From Acidobacteriota bacterium (GTDB lineage: Bacteria > Acidobacteriota > UBA6911): a stretch of 64,000 nt of DNA. Position numbers and translations under genes: made by a program. Positions within the stretch are counted from its first letter, which is position 1; each line of letters starts with the position of its first letter. The notes below the pieces were generated by a model. That model had not been told where the DNA came from. It worked only from the letters and a program-made list of their open reading frames with translations, and searched no databases. Where the stretch lies: contig OY761556.1 in assembly GCA_963664705.1 (NCBI GenBank), forward strand, positions 3,008,001 through 3,072,000. The letters are read 5' to 3'. Shown here one piece after another: positions 18,535 to 28,962 of the stretch.

Positions 18535-20745
18535 TCACTTCGGGCTATCGATACGCTGGGAGGTTGCAACGTCAAAAAGCCTGAAATCCGAATAGGCATG
18601 CGTATTGCGAAGGACTCTTCCATTCCAATTGACACCGACCATCACCTGAACAGGAAGCCAGAACTTTTGCGTGATCTGCGGGAATCGAACCTCATCAAAA
18701 TCAATCTGAGTCTTCAGCTTTTCCAGCCCCAACTGGGGAAGAGGCTGCAAAAGGTCTGTGGTAATTCGAAGGATCTGATAATTTTCAGCATCAATCCACG
18801 CAATTCCCTGCTTGTATGTTTCCTGCCGATTCGTCCCGACCTGGAACTGGCCCGACAAGCGGCATTTGCCGGGTATCTGAGCGAAAGCGACCACGATCGT
18901 GTTCCGTCCCCTCAATTTCTGATATCCAAGCAGGCGAAAGACATTCCCGTCCTGATGCATGGGATGGAAAATCAGAGGTGCTGACATAAATCCTGAAGTC
19001 AGCATATAGCCCTCCTCCAAGCCCAACTGGCGGATCTCACGTCCCTGGGCATCCGATCGGTATTCATCAAAAAGAAGATCGTGTTTCTCAATAGCTCCCA
19101 GGCACAGATAAAGATACTCGTATTTTCTGCCGGCATCAGCGCTTGCTTTTCCGTCGATTTTTTCCAATTGAACCTTCTCGACGGCGGAGACATTCAGCAA
19201 ATCGGCAAAGAGCCTGGACACATTTGCTCCCACCGCTTCAAGGATGTCCTTCATTGGCGCTTGATCTGTTGCCTGTTCGAAGTCGGGTAAATCGCGCACG
19301 GGATCGTGCAGATAGTCGATTGGCTTTTCTTTTGGCAACGCAGCCTTTTCCCTCACAGCCACAGCGGCGGTCGCATCGATCTTTGTTCCATAAAGGCGTT
19401 GATACAGATTACGCACCCGTGTCGACATCTTCGAAATATCCCGGTTTTCAAGATAAGCCGAGAGCTCATCCCTGGCCTGATCATCCATCCCTGCGCCAAG
19501 AAAAACTTCTGCAAGAATTTGTCGGACATTCAAACCAGCGCGCAAAGCGATTTCTCTTCTCTCCGCTTCTCCTGCCTTCTCCCAGGCTGAACTCATATAG
19601 GGCTCGTCGCCATAATCCTGGAGCGCCTGCGCTCCACGCGGCCCGAACCGGAGGTATTTTCGCAACTCTTCGATGGAGCCGACCATGTCGCTTTTCCCGG
19701 CGAACATGCTTGCCAGAATCAGGTGCACTTTGGGATAGCGGTGTGTCGAATCAAGCCGTTCAGTCTGAAGAGCGCTCTTCTCTGCCCGGCCTGGGTTCTT
19801 CAGATTCAAGCCGGCCATTGCGCTCAAGTAATGCGCTTCCGGAAAAGAAATCGGATCCAATGCCAGCGCCTTGTCGGTCAACTCGGCCACATCCTGCCAT
19901 TTATGCTCTGCCGCTGAAATCCATGCCAGCCAGATATGGGGATATACATACAATCCATCAATTGCTATTGCCTTTGTGTAGGCATCGCGGGCTTCCGGGA
20001 TTCGCTGCTGATTTTGATAGAGTTTTCCCAGAAGAAACCAAGCCTCTCCATACTTCGGATAGAGCGCCGTAGCTGATTGGAGATACTTTTCCGCGTCACC
20101 CGGCTTGTCTTTTCGCAATGCCGCCTTGGCTTTCTCCATCGTCTTCCTGGCGGATTTCGGCGCCAGCAGACTGGTGGCGCTGGTCGTGGATCCCTTAATC
20201 TTCTCCGAGGGATACAGCACGAGAGTCCCGATATCCGTGAGCATTGACAGAGAAACGCCGGCCATTTCTATATAGCTGGATTTATACCCACTGAGCGCCG
20301 CCCGGAGCGTGCAGCCTGCGAGGCTGGAATCGCCTGGCATCTTCTGTACACGCGTCGTTACAAAGGAAGGACCAATATCAAAAGGGCTCGAGCCCCCATC
20401 TCGGCCGAATGGATCCGGCGTATCCTGGCTTACATCCTGGTACTGCTGCCCAAACCGGTTACTATCTCCAAGTCGAAAAGAAAAGCGTCCGTTTGCTCCA
20501 ACGGTGGATTCCCTGGTCACCGCACCTCTGCACTCAAGTTCTATATCCGCTCCAACGGGCGGCGTCCCATTGTCCTTTACGACAAAGCCGGAAATGAATA
20601 TTTCCTGCGGACGATAATCCTCATGGGACTTGGTAATCGCCGGACTTGGAACACCTTTCTGGGTTTCTTGAGCTTCAGCCTTTGTTGCCAGTAACAAGAG
20701 GACCAACACCAGGGGAAAAAAGCGAATGAAGGCACGAAAATTCAT
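18535..20745 (-). CDS. Secreted TPR-containing protein with N- and C-terminal beta domains
   Basis: Signal peptide MNFRAFIRFFPLVLVLLLLATKAEA. Central TPRs (YPKYGEAWFLLGKLYQ; AYTKAIAID). C-terminal G.AWID....ILR...WLP...H.YSDFRLF. Confidence 0.78.
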   Translation of the reverse strand: MNFRAFIRFFPLVLVLLLLATKAEAQETQKGVPSPAITKSHEDYRPQEIFISGFVVKDNGTPPVGADIELECRGAVTRESTVGANGRFSFRLGDSNRFGQQYQDVSQDTPDPFGRDGGSSPFDIGPSFVTTRVQKMPGDSSLAGCTLRAALSGYKSSYIEMAGVSLSMLTDIGTLVLYPSEKIKGSTTSATSLLAPKSARKTMEKAKAALRKDKPGDAEKYLQSATALYPKYGEAWFLLGKLYQNQQRIPEARDAYTKAIAIDGLYVYPHIWLAWISAAEHKWQDVAELTDKALALDPISFPEAHYLSAMAGLNLKNPGRAEKSALQTERLDSTHRYPKVHLILASMFAGKSDMVGSIEELRKYLRFGPRGAQALQDYGDEPYMSSAWEKAGEAERREIALRAGLNVRQILAEVFLGAGMDDQARDELSAYLENRDISKMSTRVRNLYQRLYGTKIDATAAVAVREKAALPKEKPIDYLHDPVRDLPDFEQATDQAPMKDILEAVGANVSRLFADLLNVSAVEKVQLEKIDGKASADAGRKYEYLYLCLGAIEKHDLLFDEYRSDAQGREIRQLGLEEGYMLTSGFMSAPLIFHPMHQDGNVFRLLGYQKLRGRNTIVVAFAQIPGKCRLSGQFQVGTNRQETYKQGIAWIDAENYQILRITTDLLQPLPQLGLEKLKTQIDFDEVRFPQITQKFWLPVQVMVGVNWNGRVLRNTHAYSDFRLFDVATSQRIDSPK

Positions 20746-21011
20746 TGAACATCTCCGGCATTGCAGGTATGGATACGATACTCTCTTCGCAGCGCTGACG
20801 CAAACGTTCCTCACTATAGTATTTGACATCGAGAATGCAATGGCTTTGCCGTGATTTATCTTAGGCTGTCGCGCTGCTGGCATTTTGCCCGCGGGATCAG
20901 CATCATGGAAGCGTCTTTGCCTGCCAGACGGCTAAGGCTGCATACTATTTGTAAGTCCGGCAACGAGGATGAAGCCGCGCAATGGTTTTGGCGATTTGCA
21001 GGATTATTACC

Positions 21012-21055
21012 AGGAGCGCCGCCACCCCGAAGGCAACGGAGACGCCGGCGCTCCT
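21012..21055. repeat. REP-like intergenic palindrome
   Basis: AGGAGCGCCG...CGGCGCTCCT core inside a longer imperfect inverted repeat, just 3' of the 21092 stop. Confidence 0.4.
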
Positions 21056-21091
21056 AGTGGTCCCCCGCATTCGCCATTAAGATGGAGGAAC

Positions 21092-21787
21092 CTATTTCTT
21101 GGATGGCGGCGGGCCAAAAGTCTTCAGGTTGGCAGGGCCTCCCCAGTTAAATTTCTGTAAATCAAAGTTCCGGACTGTGTCCTGCCGATCCAGATTGGGC
21201 CCCAGGTAAAGCGCATGGAAGAGGACGGGTTTCTTAATTACCCTGAAATTTAGCGGGCAGTGATTCAAGCCCTTGGGAATGAAAACGATGGTGGTAGATG
21301 TGATGGTGTGCTTCTCCATTTCGTCTCCCATCCACAGGTCGATTTCCGCATCGAAGCTTTTGCACAGGTCCGGCAGCTGTGCTCCGAGGAAGATGAGAAA
21401 CTCATCATATTTGTGTAAATGGGGCGTCTCCCAGCACACCGGAGCGGTAAAGACCTGCCAACCGATGGTGGCCGTCGCTCCAGGCAACGCCGATGCGCCG
21501 CGAAAGTAAGTCTGGGGACTGGCTATTTCCGGGAATGGAGGAAGGCTGTTCAGAGAAACAAAGTCATTTGCCTTCGGCGGTTGACGATTGTCGCTCAGGA
21601 AAAATTTCCCATATTTCGTCCCGTCAGCCGATTGTGTCGCCTCCGGGGCGGCAAATAACCCGTTCTGCTGGGGCGCCAATGATCCCATCAACGAGTTCGC
21701 GAGAGCAATGCCGCCGGCTCCTGCGGTGATATCTTTCACGAAGCCCCTGCGCGTCGTACTCTTCTTTCTGGTACCAGCAAGACTCAT
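21092..21787 (-). CDS. Tat-signal cupin-like protein
   Basis: TTRRGFVK Tat motif; cupin-type PHLHKYDEFLIF ... FIPKGLNHCPL. AAGGAG RBS. Confidence 0.75.
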   Translation of the reverse strand: MSLAGTRKKSTTRRGFVKDITAGAGGIALANSLMGSLAPQQNGLFAAPEATQSADGTKYGKFFLSDNRQPPKANDFVSLNSLPPFPEIASPQTYFRGASALPGATATIGWQVFTAPVCWETPHLHKYDEFLIFLGAQLPDLCKSFDAEIDLWMGDEMEKHTITSTTIVFIPKGLNHCPLNFRVIKKPVLFHALYLGPNLDRQDTVRNFDLQKFNWGGPANLKTFGPPPSKK

Positions 21788-21890
21788 GGCTGTCTCTCCT
21801 TTTTCATAGAATTTCTCGGTAAAATTGCCCGGACATTTGCTGCCCGGTGAGCATGGTGGGGCTCCGCCAATTGAGCGGAGTGCGCCAACG

Positions 21891-22433
21891 TTATTTCTTT
21901 TCAGGCTTGGGTGCCACGCGTTTTCCCTGATTCAGCAGGGCATGGTGCGTGCGCGATTTGAAGCGCCATCCTGCCGCCGTCTTCGCATAAACATCTGCGT
22001 AGTAGCCATCGTATTCGATTTTGTTGGGGTCTCCGCCCAATCCAATCATCAGCATATCGACGGTGCCAACAGCGCCTTCCGCGGTCGCGGTGATGATATG
22101 GTTTACATAGAGATGCCTGACGCCTTCCTTGATCCAGGGCACGTTTTTGCATCCTTGCGTCCCGCCGCCTGAAACCTCCGCCAGGCGCTCGCGCCCCTGA
22201 AATTTAAGCTCGACCTTTCCGTTCATGGAGGGAGCAAAGAACCCGTCCGCCGTGAAAAGATCGGCATAGTCGTATCCATTGTTGGAGCAGGTATCGATGG
22301 CGCGTGCATATTTTGCAACCAGCTGTTGGATCTGAAAGTAATCCAGTGCGGTAAGTTCCGCTGCCATGGTTTTCGGTGCAAATGCGGTGAGGGTCAAAAC
22401 AAACAGCAGGCAAAGCATCATGGGACGTTTCAT
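21891..22433 (-). CDS. Secreted SnoaL/NTF2-like family protein
   Basis: IQQLVAKYARAID, YADLFTADG, RHLYVN, YADVYAKTAAGWRFKSR; signal peptide; GAGGAG RBS. Confidence 0.85.
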   Translation of the reverse strand: MKRPMMLCLLFVLTLTAFAPKTMAAELTALDYFQIQQLVAKYARAIDTCSNNGYDYADLFTADGFFAPSMNGKVELKFQGRERLAEVSGGGTQGCKNVPWIKEGVRHLYVNHIITATAEGAVGTVDMLMIGLGGDPNKIEYDGYYADVYAKTAAGWRFKSRTHHALLNQGKRVAPKPEKK

Positions 22434-22593
22434 TGTGCTCCTCGGGAAACCGGGTGGATATGGCTTCAAGTGCGCGGGGGCAGCTTGACCGCATTATGAA
22501 TCGTTGCTGGAGTAATCCCGGAGGCGGACTCCCGTGTCAGTGCGGCTGACAGTGTCGGGAGTCTGCCCCGGGTCAGATCCGGCAGAATGACGC

Positions 22594-23160
22594 CTATTTT
22601 TTCTTTGGAGGCGGATCTTCGCCTATTCTGGCATCGATAAATACAATAGGTTTTCCAACGCGCTTCACGACCAGGGGGCAATGAGGCGTATTTTTGGGAA
22701 TGAAGAAATAGCAGGGATAGTTGATCTTTCTGACCTTGTCTCCCAGCAACATTTCACAATCCGCGTCGAATTCGAGGAAGTTCTTAGAATTGCCGCCAAT
22801 AAGGAATATCCACTGATCATGCTGGTGGGAATGGGTAGCGCCACCCAATGTTTCCGGCCTTTCAATGTAGGCGAAGCCGATCGCCAGTTTGGATCCGGGG
22901 ATATCTTTTTCACCCCACGCCGTGATCATCGGGGATGTGATGGAAGCGTGCATGGATTTCCACGGTTTGAACTCAACAACGTTGGGTTCTCTGACGGCAT
23001 TTGCCAGCTTGCTCATGTCAAACGATTCGTAAGTCGGCCGCTGCGGGCTCATCGCCGACGCACTCAATGTAGACAGGACACTGGCAAAAGCCATTCCTGC
23101 TGCTCCGGCGGATACTTCCTGAAAAAAATCGCGCCGGTTCGTCTGCTTCTTTTTTGCCAT
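22594..23160 (-). CDS. Tat-signal cupin-like protein (paralog of 21092..21787)
   Basis: TNRRDFF Tat motif; HSHQHDQWIF ... FIPKNTPHCPL; GGAGGAG RBS. Confidence 0.75.
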   Translation of the reverse strand: MAKKKQTNRRDFFQEVSAGAAGMAFASVLSTLSASAMSPQRPTYESFDMSKLANAVREPNVVEFKPWKSMHASITSPMITAWGEKDIPGSKLAIGFAYIERPETLGGATHSHQHDQWIFLIGGNSKNFLEFDADCEMLLGDKVRKINYPCYFFIPKNTPHCPLVVKRVGKPIVFIDARIGEDPPPKKK

Positions 23161-23259
23161 TAGCTTCTCCTCCGTAGAGTTAGTACACGATCGTTAAGCC
23201 TGGTACAAAAAAGCTAACTTCTGACTTCGTATTTGTTCAGTGAGGCTCAGGAAAGAATC

Positions 23260-23298
23260 CGGCAGCTCCTGCAATCTCCCGGATTGCAAGAACTGCCG
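23260..23298 (-). terminator. Stable hairpin 3' of the TonB receptor gene
   Basis: On the minus strand CGGCAGUUCUUGCAAUC pairs with GAUUGCAGGAGCUGCCG (17 bp, two G-U pairs that form only on this strand), followed by GAUUCUUUC. Confidence 0.65.
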
Positions 23299-23319
23299 AT
23301 CTCTTAATCTTCGGTTTCT

Positions 23320-26300
23320 CTAGAAAACATACTTGAAACCAAATTGGATAATACGCGGATTGACGGCTGTGTCATTAATCGTCCCGAAATTCGTATCTCT
23401 GGCAACGCTGGGATTGGCGAACTGGGGATGATTAAAGGCGTTGTAGAACTCGGTCCGGAACTGGAAGGTATGCCCTTCGCTGATCCTTACCAGCTTGAGG
23501 ATCGAGAGATCCCAGTTATGCTGGCCGGGACCCAAAAGGATACCCACTCCGGTATTGCCCCAGCCGGTACCATTGCCATAGACTCCGCCGGTTGGCGGCG
23601 CACAGAATGCGCTGCTGTTGACGTAGCCGGGGCCGCCGCTTTTCCCGCCCAACCGTTGACGGATATCGCCGGATGTCGGGATTGAAGCATAGGTCGCTCC
23701 GGAACAGAGCTGCGCTCTGCCGCCGCTGGCTCCATAGATGCTCCCTGCGGAACTATCCGTGAAGGTAAGTGGAATACCACTCTGGATTGTGGTGATTCCG
23801 GAAATGCTCCAGTCGTTAAATAGTTTTCCTTTCGCGCCCGCATGCTTGCCAAAAGGCAAGTCGTACTGGTAGTTCAGAATAAAGCGATGAGGCCGGTTCC
23901 AGCCGCTCGGCCCATATTGCTGATCCTGATCTAACGGGTTATTGGAATTCGTGCTGTCGCCTGCGCCCAGAGTCGTCAGGTTTTTGCTGAACGTGTAGGA
24001 CGCTTGCAGCGACAATCCATAGGAAAATGCTTTTCGCAGGCTGGTTTGAAGACTGTTGTAATTGGACTCGGCATCGAAATAGGTTCCTTGCAGTCCGGTT
24101 GCCTGATACCCAAGGTAAGGCACCCGCAATCCCACATTGCCGGTGGTATTGGCAGTCTGGCCGTTGATTGCAGTCGTGGAGCTTGCCAGTCGAGCCAGAT
24201 TGACATTTCGATACGAATTCATCAGTTTTCGTGCTGACGAACCAACATACGCTACATCCAGGACCCAGTTGTGGAAAAGCTCGTACTGAATGCTGAGGTT
24301 GTATTGGTAGGTTCTGGGAATCTCGACCTTGGGATTAAGAAACATGGTGCTCAAAGCCGAACCGCCTCCGGTGCAAGTTGTCCCCGTGGGATCGCACGCA
24401 AGAGAATTCCATCGGGACAAATAAGATCCCAACGAAACATTGGGGTAGGGATTCTGCAGTGTGTAGGGATTGAAAGGGCCATAGCTTAGGGAAGCTGCAT
24501 AAGGTGGGCTTTCCTGGTACGCCCGGATAAAGTAATACGCCTGCACGCGGTCGTAGAACATTCCAAAGCCTCCGCGCACAGCCATATTTCCTTTACTGGT
24601 TGGCTGCCAGGCGAATCCAATTCTTGGACCAAAGTTGGTGTACGGCGGATGACCATCAATTGCATTGTTATTGTCAGAGATGGTAACTCCCGCCGGCGGA
24701 GTCCCGTATTTGGGATTAGAATTTTTGGCAACCACGTATCCCACCAAACCCGAACCGGATGTAGTTGGTGCCGTGGGAGGCGTGGGAACGGTGGCCAACA
24801 GACTCGGCCAGATGCTGGTCATATTGCCGTTGGCATCGTTCAACATGCTGTTATATTCCCACCTGAGGCCAAGGTTGACCGTCAGCTTCGGGCCTATTTT
24901 CCAGTCATCCTGGATAAAAGCACTCGAGTTGTTCTGGCGATAGTTGTGGGATAGTTCTCCCTGGGGACTATCTCCTTTATTCGTCACAGACATGAAGATG
25001 TTGCCCGGACCTCCGACAAGAAAGTCGTTAAAGGTACCGAAATACAACCAGCCTCGATACGCGCCTGGCGTTGAGAAATAGTGAACTCTCTCGTACTCCA
25101 GTCCTGCGCGAAGAGTATGGCTGCCTTTTGACCAGGAGATCTGATCCGCGTACTGATAACTGCCGCTCAAACTCTGGGCAGGGCGGAAGGAGTTAAACAT
25201 ATAAGGCCCGCCGGCGACCCATATCCAGGGCGGCAATGTGATGTTCGGGTTAGGAGGGGTGATGCCCAGCTCTTTGTTGGAGCTTCCGTTTATCGGCGTA
25301 TCGAAAATGTCGCCCCAACTTCGTTGATAGGAATAGCGCCCCTCGTTGACCAGGTTGCTTCTAAGGGCCGACGTAAGCTTTACAACCACACTATGGTTGG
25401 AATAGAAATCCGTCATAGGATTCCCCGGGAGGTTGAGGTAATTCTCCCCCATGGGTGAGTATTTCGGATCTCTTGTATAGAAGAACCTGCCCGCCAAAGT
25501 GTTTTGGGGATTGATTATGTAATCGACATTGGTAAGAAACTGATCTCCCTTGTATTCCGCCGGGATGCTGAAGATTCTCCGGCCGTATGCTGCGGATCCT
25601 GATCCGGGGAAATAATAGCTGCCGTCGGGGAGCTTCAATTTGAGTATGTTGAGAGCGACTGGATTGATATTCGATCCATCGCACTTCACATTAGCTCCGC
25701 CGGTCCACCCCCAGTTCTGAAACCCGCAATTTGCGGCGCCAAGGGCAGCGGCAAAGGTAGATGCGCTGCGGTCGCCATCAGGAATTGGCGGCAACTGAGT
25801 GTCTACCTTTCCTCCGCCCGAAATCCCATTTCGCTGCCGCGATCCCTGCCAACTTCCAAACAGGAGAAGCTTGTCCTTGATTACCGGCCCGCCCAAGGTA
25901 AATCCGTATTGCTTCTGCGTGAGAATCGGTTTTTGGGCGTCCGTGGTCAACCTGTTTCGATTGAAGAAGAAAGGATTGGCGTTGAGTGATGTGTCCCTCA
26001 GGAAAAAGAAGGCCGTCCCGTGCAGATCATTGCTTCCGGATTTCGTAACGACATTGACACTCGCGCCCGGATTTCGTCCATAGCTGGCGTCGAATGTAGA
26101 TGTCTGCACCTTGAATTCCTGAAGCGCATCCGGATTTGGAACACCGATCCCTGCGCCGACATTCTGATCGTCGGCGTGGCCAAGGCTCGCAATACTATTG
26201 ATGGATACTCCATCCATCTGATAGTTGTTCTGAGCAGGCTTGGAACCGTTAACGCTGGTCTTTTGCGTGCCTTTCCCCAGCACCGTTGCATTGGCGACAT

Positions 26301-26826
26301 CGGCGCTGACTCCAGCAGAAAAATCGAGGATCTGGGTATAGTTACGGGTTGTCAGCGGCAGCGAACGCACCTCATCTCCACCCACCAGCGTTCCCAAGGT
26401 CGAAGTCGCCGTCTGAATGATCTCCGTGTCAGCGGCAACCTTTACCGTCTCGCTTGGCGCGCCCACGGCCATGGTGCAATTCAAAACCTCTGTCTCGGTA
26501 ACATTGATGGATATTGAGGGGATTTCGGCTGTCTGGAAGCCGCTCACACTGACCTTGACCCTATATTTGCCGGGCGGCAGAAGCACTATTTTATAGGTTC
26601 CGTTTTCGCTCGACAGCGTGGAACGAGTTTGTGCGGTCGCAATATTGGTTACGGAGATTTCAGCCTTTGCAATCACCGCGCCGGAGGGATCCTTAATGGT
26701 TCCCGTCAGTGCGCCGGTGTCGGCTGATTGTGCAAATGCGGAGGGGCTCGTCCATGGGGTCACAGCAAAAAGGCTCAGCAGAGAAAATGCCGTCAGCCAG
26801 GAAATAAGCAATTTCCTTTTATTCAT
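23320..26826 (-). CDS. TonB-dependent receptor with N-terminal carboxypeptidase-regulatory-like domain (acidobacterial type)
   Basis: Signal peptide, GALTGTIKDPSGAVI, LPLTTRNY, NNYQMDG, EFKVQTS, NVVTKSG, FIQDDWK, C-terminal PRIIQFGFKYVF. AGAGGAG RBS. Confidence 0.93.
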   Translation of the reverse strand: MNKRKLLISWLTAFSLLSLFAVTPWTSPSAFAQSADTGALTGTIKDPSGAVIAKAEISVTNIATAQTRSTLSSENGTYKIVLLPPGKYRVKVSVSGFQTAEIPSISINVTETEVLNCTMAVGAPSETVKVAADTEIIQTATSTLGTLVGGDEVRSLPLTTRNYTQILDFSAGVSADVANATVLGKGTQKTSVNGSKPAQNNYQMDGVSINSIASLGHADDQNVGAGIGVPNPDALQEFKVQTSTFDASYGRNPGASVNVVTKSGSNDLHGTAFFFLRDTSLNANPFFFNRNRLTTDAQKPILTQKQYGFTLGGPVIKDKLLLFGSWQGSRQRNGISGGGKVDTQLPPIPDGDRSASTFAAALGAANCGFQNWGWTGGANVKCDGSNINPVALNILKLKLPDGSYYFPGSGSAAYGRRIFSIPAEYKGDQFLTNVDYIINPQNTLAGRFFYTRDPKYSPMGENYLNLPGNPMTDFYSNHSVVVKLTSALRSNLVNEGRYSYQRSWGDIFDTPINGSSNKELGITPPNPNITLPPWIWVAGGPYMFNSFRPAQSLSGSYQYADQISWSKGSHTLRAGLEYERVHYFSTPGAYRGWLYFGTFNDFLVGGPGNIFMSVTNKGDSPQGELSHNYRQNNSSAFIQDDWKIGPKLTVNLGLRWEYNSMLNDANGNMTSIWPSLLATVPTPPTAPTTSGSGLVGYVVAKNSNPKYGTPPAGVTISDNNNAIDGHPPYTNFGPRIGFAWQPTSKGNMAVRGGFGMFYDRVQAYYFIRAYQESPPYAASLSYGPFNPYTLQNPYPNVSLGSYLSRWNSLACDPTGTTCTGGGSALSTMFLNPKVEIPRTYQYNLSIQYELFHNWVLDVAYVGSSARKLMNSYRNVNLARLASSTTAINGQTANTTGNVGLRVPYLGYQATGLQGTYFDAESNYNSLQTSLRKAFSYGLSLQASYTFSKNLTTLGAGDSTNSNNPLDQDQQYGPSGWNRPHRFILNYQYDLPFGKHAGAKGKLFNDWSISGITTIQSGIPLTFTDSSAGSIYGASGGRAQLCSGATYASIPTSGDIRQRLGGKSGGPGYVNSSAFCAPPTGGVYGNGTGWGNTGVGILLGPGQHNWDLSILKLVRISEGHTFQFRTEFYNAFNHPQFANPSVARDTNFGTINDTAVNPRIIQFGFKYVF

Positions 26827-26987
26827 GTGTTCTCCTCTGTCCGTAAATTGCCTTTGAGAAATGCACGCACAACAATGGTCGCCCCCTACAACGATGTCGA
26901 TCACAAACGGGGACACCAAATGCAGAAGCGGGCCTGGTAACTTTTCCGATTTTCTCGAATTTTTGGTTCTAACCTAATATGAGGTCC

Positions 26988-27015
26988 ATCATAATTTGGG
27001 ATCTTTCCATGTCAA
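26988..27015 (-). promoter_or_regulatory. Candidate sigma70 promoter of the TonB receptor operon
   Basis: Minus strand TTGACA-16 nt-TATGAT, about 160 nt upstream of the start. Confidence 0.6.
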
Positions 27016-27154
27016 GGAAAAACGGTCCCACGGAGAGCAACACCGCCGTCTCGCCTGGCGCCGCATATGATTTGTTCTAAGCCTGCGACGCGAGTGAGGC
27101 ACCACACCCGGAGGGCAGAAAGCGATTAGCCGGGGCAGTGGCGCCTCAGGCGGG

Positions 27155-27763
27155 CTACTCCTTTGCCGGCGCTTTTCCGTTATCCCCATGGATTGGAGTC
27201 GCTTTGGTCTTTTCCTTATCCCTTATCTTCAGCGCACTCGAGGTCAGAAGCGTATCGGCTTCACCTTTCTGTATAAAGACATGCTCCGGGCGCATGGATA
27301 AAATCGCTCTCTCATTCATAAGCGCCAGGATGGATTCATCAAGCATTGATCCCATAAGCCCAGCCGCGTTCTTGAACGCGATCGAAGCTCCTATTTCGCG
27401 AACAACAAGATCAAACCGCGGCACCCCATCCCGGCTGCATATCATTCCTTCCGGCCTGATTACCGTGGCGTACCTGCCCCCCAGGGAAAATTCCGAAGCG
27501 GCAATCGTGGCCTTTTCCGTCTCCCGCCCGGATTTAGCGCTAAAGGAAAGCGACTGCGGAGTAAGCTTCGCGCTTGCATCCCCGTCACTCAGTATTATTT
27601 CCCGGGCCTCTATTCGTTCGACTCTGCCTTCAGTCTTTTGCGGAAGAACATAACCCATGGTCATCAGTCCTGCCAGGCACAAGGACAAGCCCGAAATCAT
27701 CATCCGCATGCGTTTGTTCTGTCGTTCGAGGCTCTCGATTCTCCCAAGCAATTGATCAGTCAT
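27155..27763 (-). CDS. Hypothetical membrane-anchored protein
   Basis: CAGGAG RBS; coiled coil RIESLERQNKRMR, one TM helix, beta-rich C-terminus. Confidence 0.65.
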   Translation of the reverse strand: MTDQLLGRIESLERQNKRMRMMISGLSLCLAGLMTMGYVLPQKTEGRVERIEAREIILSDGDASAKLTPQSLSFSAKSGRETEKATIAASEFSLGGRYATVIRPEGMICSRDGVPRFDLVVREIGASIAFKNAAGLMGSMLDESILALMNERAILSMRPEHVFIQKGEADTLLTSSALKIRDKEKTKATPIHGDNGKAPAKE

Positions 27764-27816
27764 GATGCGCTCCTGCAGAACGGATTGAACTGCTGTTAGA
27801 TATGCCGGATCCGACT

Positions 27817-28962
27817 TTAGGCCAAAATGCCTTGCGCCCGGACCAGTCTGGAACGAACCTCGACTCCATTGGGACACTGGATCGAACAGGTGGAACAATC
27901 GCTGCACCGAATGGAACGGATCTCTCCCGGCAAACGCATAAAGCTATTGTGTGCCTGCCGGAGATCGCCGGCGAAATCGTGATAGGCCAGATACCGCAAT
28001 TCGTCAGTGACCGGAACCCCTTTGGGGCATTTGCCTTTGCATTCATAGCACATCCGGCAGTAGAGCGGTCGGATCTCCTCATTTCGCGCAAACAGTGCTT
28101 TCTCATCCCTGGGCGTATAGGTCTCTGTCATAGCCCGGAAATTCATTTCGAGCTGTTCAATATTATCGGGATGCGGCACGGTGGTCGAAATGTCCGGATT
28201 TTTCAATACCCATTTGACGGCCGAAAGCGGCCCTTCGTTTGTCAGCACCTTTTTGTCTTTTGGCGGAGGCCCGAATCCCACCATGGACATCGCAACGACT
28301 ACTTTCATCGCCACTACGCCGATTCCCGCCTCATGCAGCCTGTGTATCGCCGCATTGCGGTCTGGACCTAACGGGTAGCTGTAAGTGGTCTGCACAACGT
28401 CATGCTTCCCGAGCTTGATGATCTTATCCACGACAGCATTGATGTCATGTGTGCTGACTCCGATGAAACGCGTCTTCCCCTGCTTCTTCAGTATTTCCTG
28501 AGCTTCGACCGCCTCGTCCGTGATTGAATCGGGCGTATCTCTGCCATGCAGATGCCAGATATCAACGTGGTCCGTCCGCAGCGCCTTTAGACTTTCATCC
28601 ATTTCCTTCAAGACTTCCGCCTTGGTCATTCCGTCGGCTTTGCTGGCGAGGATGATTTTGTTTCTCCTGGGCTGCAGCGCCGCTCCGGTAATTTCTTCGC
28701 TTTTGCCTTTTTCATAGGTGCGGGCAGTATCGAAGTAGTTGACACCCAAATCCGCCGCACGAACGAGAACTGCGGGATCAGGAATAAGTCCGACGCCGCA
28801 GCCAACGCCGGATACTTTCAAGCCGGTTTTCCCAAGCATCCGATAGACGCCTCCGCTAATGGGCTGCGCGGAGAGTGCGGGCGAATGAGAACCAACGAGT
28901 CCTGCAACAGGCAAAGCCAATCCGGCTTGCAGAAACTTCCGGCGCGATGCATCGAACTCCAT
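27817..28962 (-). CDS. Tat-exported aldo/keto reductase with C-terminal Fe-S dicluster motif
   Basis: SRRKFL Tat motif; YRMLGKTGLKVS, YFDTARTY, SLKALRTDHVD, IGVSTH; CRMCYECKGKCP and CSDCSTCSIQCP. Confidence 0.9.
   Translation of the reverse strand: MEFDASRRKFLQAGLALPVAGLVGSHSPALSAQPISGGVYRMLGKTGLKVSGVGCGVGLIPDPAVLVRAADLGVNYFDTARTYEKGKSEEITGAALQPRRNKIILASKADGMTKAEVLKEMDESLKALRTDHVDIWHLHGRDTPDSITDEAVEAQEILKKQGKTRFIGVSTHDINAVVDKIIKLGKHDVVQTTYSYPLGPDRNAAIHRLHEAGIGVVAMKVVVAMSMVGFGPPPKDKKVLTNEGPLSAVKWVLKNPDISTTVPHPDNIEQLEMNFRAMTETYTPRDEKALFARNEEIRPLYCRMCYECKGKCPKGVPVTDELRYLAYHDFAGDLRQAHNSFMRLPGEIRSIRCSDCSTCSIQCPNGVEVRSRLVRAQGILA

Noticed and set aside
19143-20072. 309-aa + strand ORF inside the TPR gene
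   Set aside because: Arg/Pro/Ser-rich off-frame composition, antisense to a supported gene.
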